A DNA stretch of 64,000 nucleotides. Source: an uncultured Bacteroidales bacterium. GTDB lineage: Bacteria > Bacteroidota > Bacteroidia > Bacteroidales > P3. The notes beneath the pieces are model-generated. The model made no database searches. It was not told where the DNA came from and worked only from the letters and a program-made list of their open reading frames with translations. The position numbers were made by a program, and so were the translations under genes. The stretch lies in the NCBI GenBank assembly GCA_900316965.1, contig ONEY01000004.1, positions 76,171 to 140,170 on the forward strand, read 5' to 3'. Positions 60,697 through 64,000 of this stretch are shown in pieces (position 1 is the first letter of the stretch; the number at the start of each line of letters is the position of its first letter).

Positions 60697-61461
60697 ATGA
60701 ACAAAAAAACAATTATTACAATTGCCGCTGCACTATTGCTCGCCTTTCCGTCTTTTGCGCAGTACTGGACAACAAGAACAACTTACGATCCATTTAAAAA
60801 TGGTGAAAAGCACCTAGGCGTTGCCGTTGGTTTGGGTGGATGGTTTGGAAAGGGCGAAGCTATTATCAACAACTCTATTGGCTCTCTGGCAGGTTATCGG
60901 ACAACCAAAGTATCCAGGTTACCAATTTGCCCGACAGCATCAATTCACTTTAAACGTATTCTGAATGGCAAAAGAGTAGACTGGGGCAACAGTTTTTTGA
61001 TTTCATTCAACAAATGGATGGGTACGGTGAAAGGTATTAACGACTCATCAGCAACCACATTCACTTCGAAATACAGTTATGCCGACATAACCATTACCGA
61101 CCATTACACCTTAATGATACCCATTGGCGACAATATGCATGTCAGCGCTGGTGTTGGTATGACAATCGGTGTTAGTATTAAGCCAAAGGCCTCAATAGAA
61201 TTCTCTGACGGTAATACAGAGTCGCTGAGCTATGGACTTAATGTTTCTGAGCTCCTTATCGCTCGACTGGACGCTGTTTTGGGATTCGACTATAACATCA
61301 ATGACACTTTTACGCTGAATGCCATACTGGTAGGCTATCCCATAGATATATTCGGCGATATGATTAATGATAATCCCGGATATCATAATATTGGTGAGGC
61401 GATAAATGTTACCAACAAGTTTCCATTCCAGCTTATGGTTGGCTGCACTTTTGCGCTTTAG
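60697..61461 (+). CDS. Hypothetical outer-membrane beta-barrel-like protein
   Basis: Signal peptide MNKKTIITIAAALLLAFPSFAQ, alternating-hydrophobic segments, C-terminal ...MVGCTFAL. Confidence 0.45.
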   Translation: MNKKTIITIAAALLLAFPSFAQYWTTRTTYDPFKNGEKHLGVAVGLGGWFGKGEAIINNSIGSLAGYRTTKVSRLPICPTASIHFKRILNGKRVDWGNSFLISFNKWMGTVKGINDSSATTFTSKYSYADITITDHYTLMIPIGDNMHVSAGVGMTIGVSIKPKASIEFSDGNTESLSYGLNVSELLIARLDAVLGFDYNINDTFTLNAILVGYPIDIFGDMINDNPGYHNIGEAINVTNKFPFQLMVGCTFAL

Positions 61462-61476
61462 GAATTGTTTATACAT

Positions 61477-61516
61477 CAAAAAAATAGCGACCTTTGTTCA
61501 GGTCGCTATTTTTTTG
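61477..61516. terminator. Bidirectional rho-independent terminator between convergent genes
   Basis: atagcgacc-tttgttca-ggtcgctat with an A-run before and a T-run after. Confidence 0.8.
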
Positions 61517-61545
61517 ATAGAAAAGTGAAAAATCACTTATGTCAA

Positions 61546-63180
61546 TTAGCAGCTTAGTTCGGCCAGGTGTTTGCTGACCTCTCCAATAGCTTCCTTAACA
61601 AAATATTGGCAACTATCCATGTAGCGGACATCGCGCTGGCTGTCAAGGAGGAGCAAGTATGCCATGATGATATAGCTCAGCACCTCGGTAAGAGCGCGGG
61701 TAGTGTGCTCGAAACGTTCGCTTGTTGTACCTTCGGCAGCGGCCAACTCGTATAGTTTCTTATAGTCGTCGGTAGCCTTGCGCAAAACTTCGAGGCAATG
61801 CTTCATTTCATCGGTAAGAGAAGCTGATTCAACGACTTTAGCGTCATAAGCCTCAATTTGTTTGAGATAAGCGCCGCTAGCAATACCCTTCATTGCGGCG
61901 ACAACCTGAAGTTGGCTCGTTCCTTCATAGATGCAAAGAATACGAGCATCACGATAGAGGCGTTCGCAGGCATATTCCTTCATAAATCCGCTACCACCGT
62001 GAACCTGGATACAGTCGTAGGCACAACGGTTGGCAAATTCGCTGGCATTAAGTTTTACTAGAGGAGTGAGGATATCGGCGACACGGGATGCTGCCTTTGA
62101 ACTTGAGGAGAGATCGACATAGCGAGCAGTCTCATACATAAGGCTACGGGCTCCATTGGTGCGTGCGCGCATTTGGCGGAGCAGATCCTGAACAGCAACA
62201 AATTTATCAATAGTGTGGCCGAACTGTTCGCGGCTCGCAGCATAGGCTTCTGCCTCACGGCAAGCGGCCTCGCAAAGACCTATAGACTGAGCTCCAACGC
62301 CCAGACGAGCACCATTCATAAGCGACATAACATACTTGATGAGGCCCAAACGGCGTTCGCCTACAATCTGGCATGGGGCATTATTAAACTGAAGTTCAGC
62401 AGTAGGACTGCCCTTGATACCCATCTTATTCTCTATACGACGAACAATCATACCACCATCGGCCTTATCGAATACAAAGTAGCTAAGTCCTCGACCATCA
62501 TTGGTGCCCTCTTCGCTGCGAGCCAAAACAAGATGAAGATCGGCATCACCATTGGTGATGAAACGTTTCACGCCGTTGAGGCGCCAGCATTTGTTTTCTT
62601 CATCCCAAGTAGCCTTAAGGCGAACCGATTGCAAGTCGCTGCCGGCATCAGGTTCGGTAAGGTCCATAGAGCATGTGGCACCCTCATAGATACGAGGCAG
62701 ATATTTGTTTTTCAACTCCTCATTGGCGAACTGCTGAATGGTGTCGGCACAATCTTGTAGACCCCATATAGTTGCGAAGCCAACATCAGCGCGAGCTATG
62801 ATTTCGGCGGCCATAACAGCAGCAACGCGAGGAAAGTTTAGACCGTTGTATTTACGCTCAAGAGTCATGCCGTAAAGGCCCGACTGAACAAGGGCGTCGA
62901 GGTTTTTGCGAGTGCCTTTGGCATATTCGACTCGTCCGTCGACCAACTGAGGACCCTCATGGTCAACAGATTCTGCATTGGGTGCTATCACCTCACCGGC
63001 AATGTCGCCTAACAAACGCATTACGGTGTCGTATTGCTTGACAGCCTCTTCGCAATCGGCAGGAGCCTCAGGATGGGAGCCTGATTCGGCATAGTTCTTC
63101 TCTTTCACCGCTACAACTTGATCCATGTCGGGGTGATGAAGATAGAATGACAGGTTTTCGTTATCTGTGTAAAAATTCAT
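61546..63180 (-). CDS. Acyl-CoA dehydrogenase family protein (long form)
   Basis: 544 aa with ACAD middle and C-terminal domain motifs (DLTEPDAGSDL, RFITNGD, QVHGGSGFMKEY). Adjacent to etfA. Confidence 0.8.
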   Translation of the reverse strand: MNFYTDNENLSFYLHHPDMDQVVAVKEKNYAESGSHPEAPADCEEAVKQYDTVMRLLGDIAGEVIAPNAESVDHEGPQLVDGRVEYAKGTRKNLDALVQSGLYGMTLERKYNGLNFPRVAAVMAAEIIARADVGFATIWGLQDCADTIQQFANEELKNKYLPRIYEGATCSMDLTEPDAGSDLQSVRLKATWDEENKCWRLNGVKRFITNGDADLHLVLARSEEGTNDGRGLSYFVFDKADGGMIVRRIENKMGIKGSPTAELQFNNAPCQIVGERRLGLIKYVMSLMNGARLGVGAQSIGLCEAACREAEAYAASREQFGHTIDKFVAVQDLLRQMRARTNGARSLMYETARYVDLSSSSKAASRVADILTPLVKLNASEFANRCAYDCIQVHGGSGFMKEYACERLYRDARILCIYEGTSQLQVVAAMKGIASGAYLKQIEAYDAKVVESASLTDEMKHCLEVLRKATDDYKKLYELAAAEGTTSERFEHTTRALTEVLSYIIMAYLLLLDSQRDVRYMDSCQYFVKEAIGEVSKHLAELSC

Positions 63181-63241
63181 AATTCTTTGATAATCTTAAA
63201 GTCTGATCACTAATATGGTTTCACTGACGCAGGCCAAAGGC

Positions 63242-64000
63242 TTATTTCAGATTCTTTTTGTAACATGCCATGAATTTGGGAATCACGGTCATAACGTCAC
63301 CAATGATAGTATAGTCGGCAATGGCATTAATAGGAGCCTCTGGATCAGTATTGATGCTGATTATTTTTGCACTTTGTTCCATTCCTGCGCGATGCTGAAC
63401 GGCACCACTGATACCACAGGCGATATACAGTTTGGGACGTACGGTGACACCTGTCTGGCCTATTTGACGTTCGCCCTCGCAGAATCCTGCGTCGACAGCG
63501 GCACGGGTTGCTCCCACGCTACCACCGATGAGGTGAGCAAACTCATGAAGTAAAGCAAAATTTTCTTTGCAGCCCATACCATAGCCACCAGCGACTATAA
63601 TCTGAGCACCTTTGATATCGATTTTCTGCTCCTCTATTTCACGACTCAATATTTCGACAGCCTTGTCGGCTTTGTCAAGCGACTCGCTCACAGATACTGG
63701 TATGATAGTACCCTGATAGTTATTATCAAAAATATCTTTCTTCATGACACCCTCGCGAACCGTAGCCATCTGAGGACGAGTCTCGGGACAAACAATAGTG
63801 GCGATGATATTGCCTCCGAATGCAGGACGCATTTGAAGAAGAATATTGTCGTATGTCTTGTTATTTTTAGCATCTTGGTGGCTGCCTATCTCCAACGAGG
63901 TACAGTCGGCGGTAAGGCCACAGCGCAGATAAGAAGCTATGCGAGGAGCCAAGTCGCGCCCCACGCTAGAAGCACCAAAAAGCACAATCTGAGGCTGCTG
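63242..64000 (-). CDS. etfA: Electron transfer flavoprotein subunit alpha (truncated by the window edge)
   Basis: C-terminal FAD-binding region GATRAAVDAGF...QIGQTGVTVRPKLYIACGISGAVQHRAGM. The reading frame stays open to the window end. Confidence 0.8.
   Translation of the reverse strand, partial: QQPQIVLFGASSVGRDLAPRIASYLRCGLTADCTSLEIGSHQDAKNNKTYDNILLQMRPAFGGNIIATIVCPETRPQMATVREGVMKKDIFDNNYQGTIIPVSVSESLDKADKAVEILSREIEEQKIDIKGAQIIVAGGYGMGCKENFALLHEFAHLIGGSVGATRAAVDAGFCEGERQIGQTGVTVRPKLYIACGISGAVQHRAGMEQSAKIISINTDPEAPINAIADYTIIGDVMTVIPKFMACYKKNLK

Overview
This 64-kb window looks like chromosome from a Bacteroidota (Bacteroidales-like) genome. Supporting signs are TAnnTTTG-type -7 promoter boxes, no Shine-Dalgarno sites, two cargo proteins with type IX secretion (T9SS) C-terminal sorting domains, and a TonB-dependent receptor. 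I call about 51 CDS, mostly housekeeping: prfA, prmC, tsf, rpsB, rpsI, rplM, rpmH (absent from the ORF track), mnmA, tadA, rpoN, ribH, fmt, hup, secG, rlmD, apbE, yicC, rsgA, iorAB, an EF-G paralog, acyl-CoA dehydrogenase and etfA. I found no rRNA, tRNA, CRISPR array, integrase, transposase or recognisable defence system. The only accessory-looking block is a GC-richer metal/iron-uptake-like cluster at about 37.5-46.8 kb. It holds a His/Cys-rich small protein, a TonB-dependent receptor, fused CcsBA, a di-heme DUF1111-type protein, an imelysin and a frameshifted outer-membrane barrel. Four observations stand out. (1) Strand composition, codon third-position bias and gene orientation all flip between about 17.4 and 20.6 kb, with the polarity expected at a replication origin, although there is no convincing DnaA-box cluster. 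(2) A family of short dispersed intergenic repeats occurs at 2.6, 33.4, 37.2, 40.2 and 48.6 kb, including a 33-nt sequence present twice at 32/33 identity. (3) Two iteron-like tandem arrays are present, a 22-bp unit x6 at the 3' end of a helicase gene and a 20-bp unit x3 upstream of the receptor operon. (4) A 1075-aa single-chain fusion combines 2Fe-2S, pyridine-nucleotide oxidoreductase, 4Fe-4S, BFD-like and DAO modules. I cannot point to a clear previously undescribed system; the findings are leads to check, not demonstrations.
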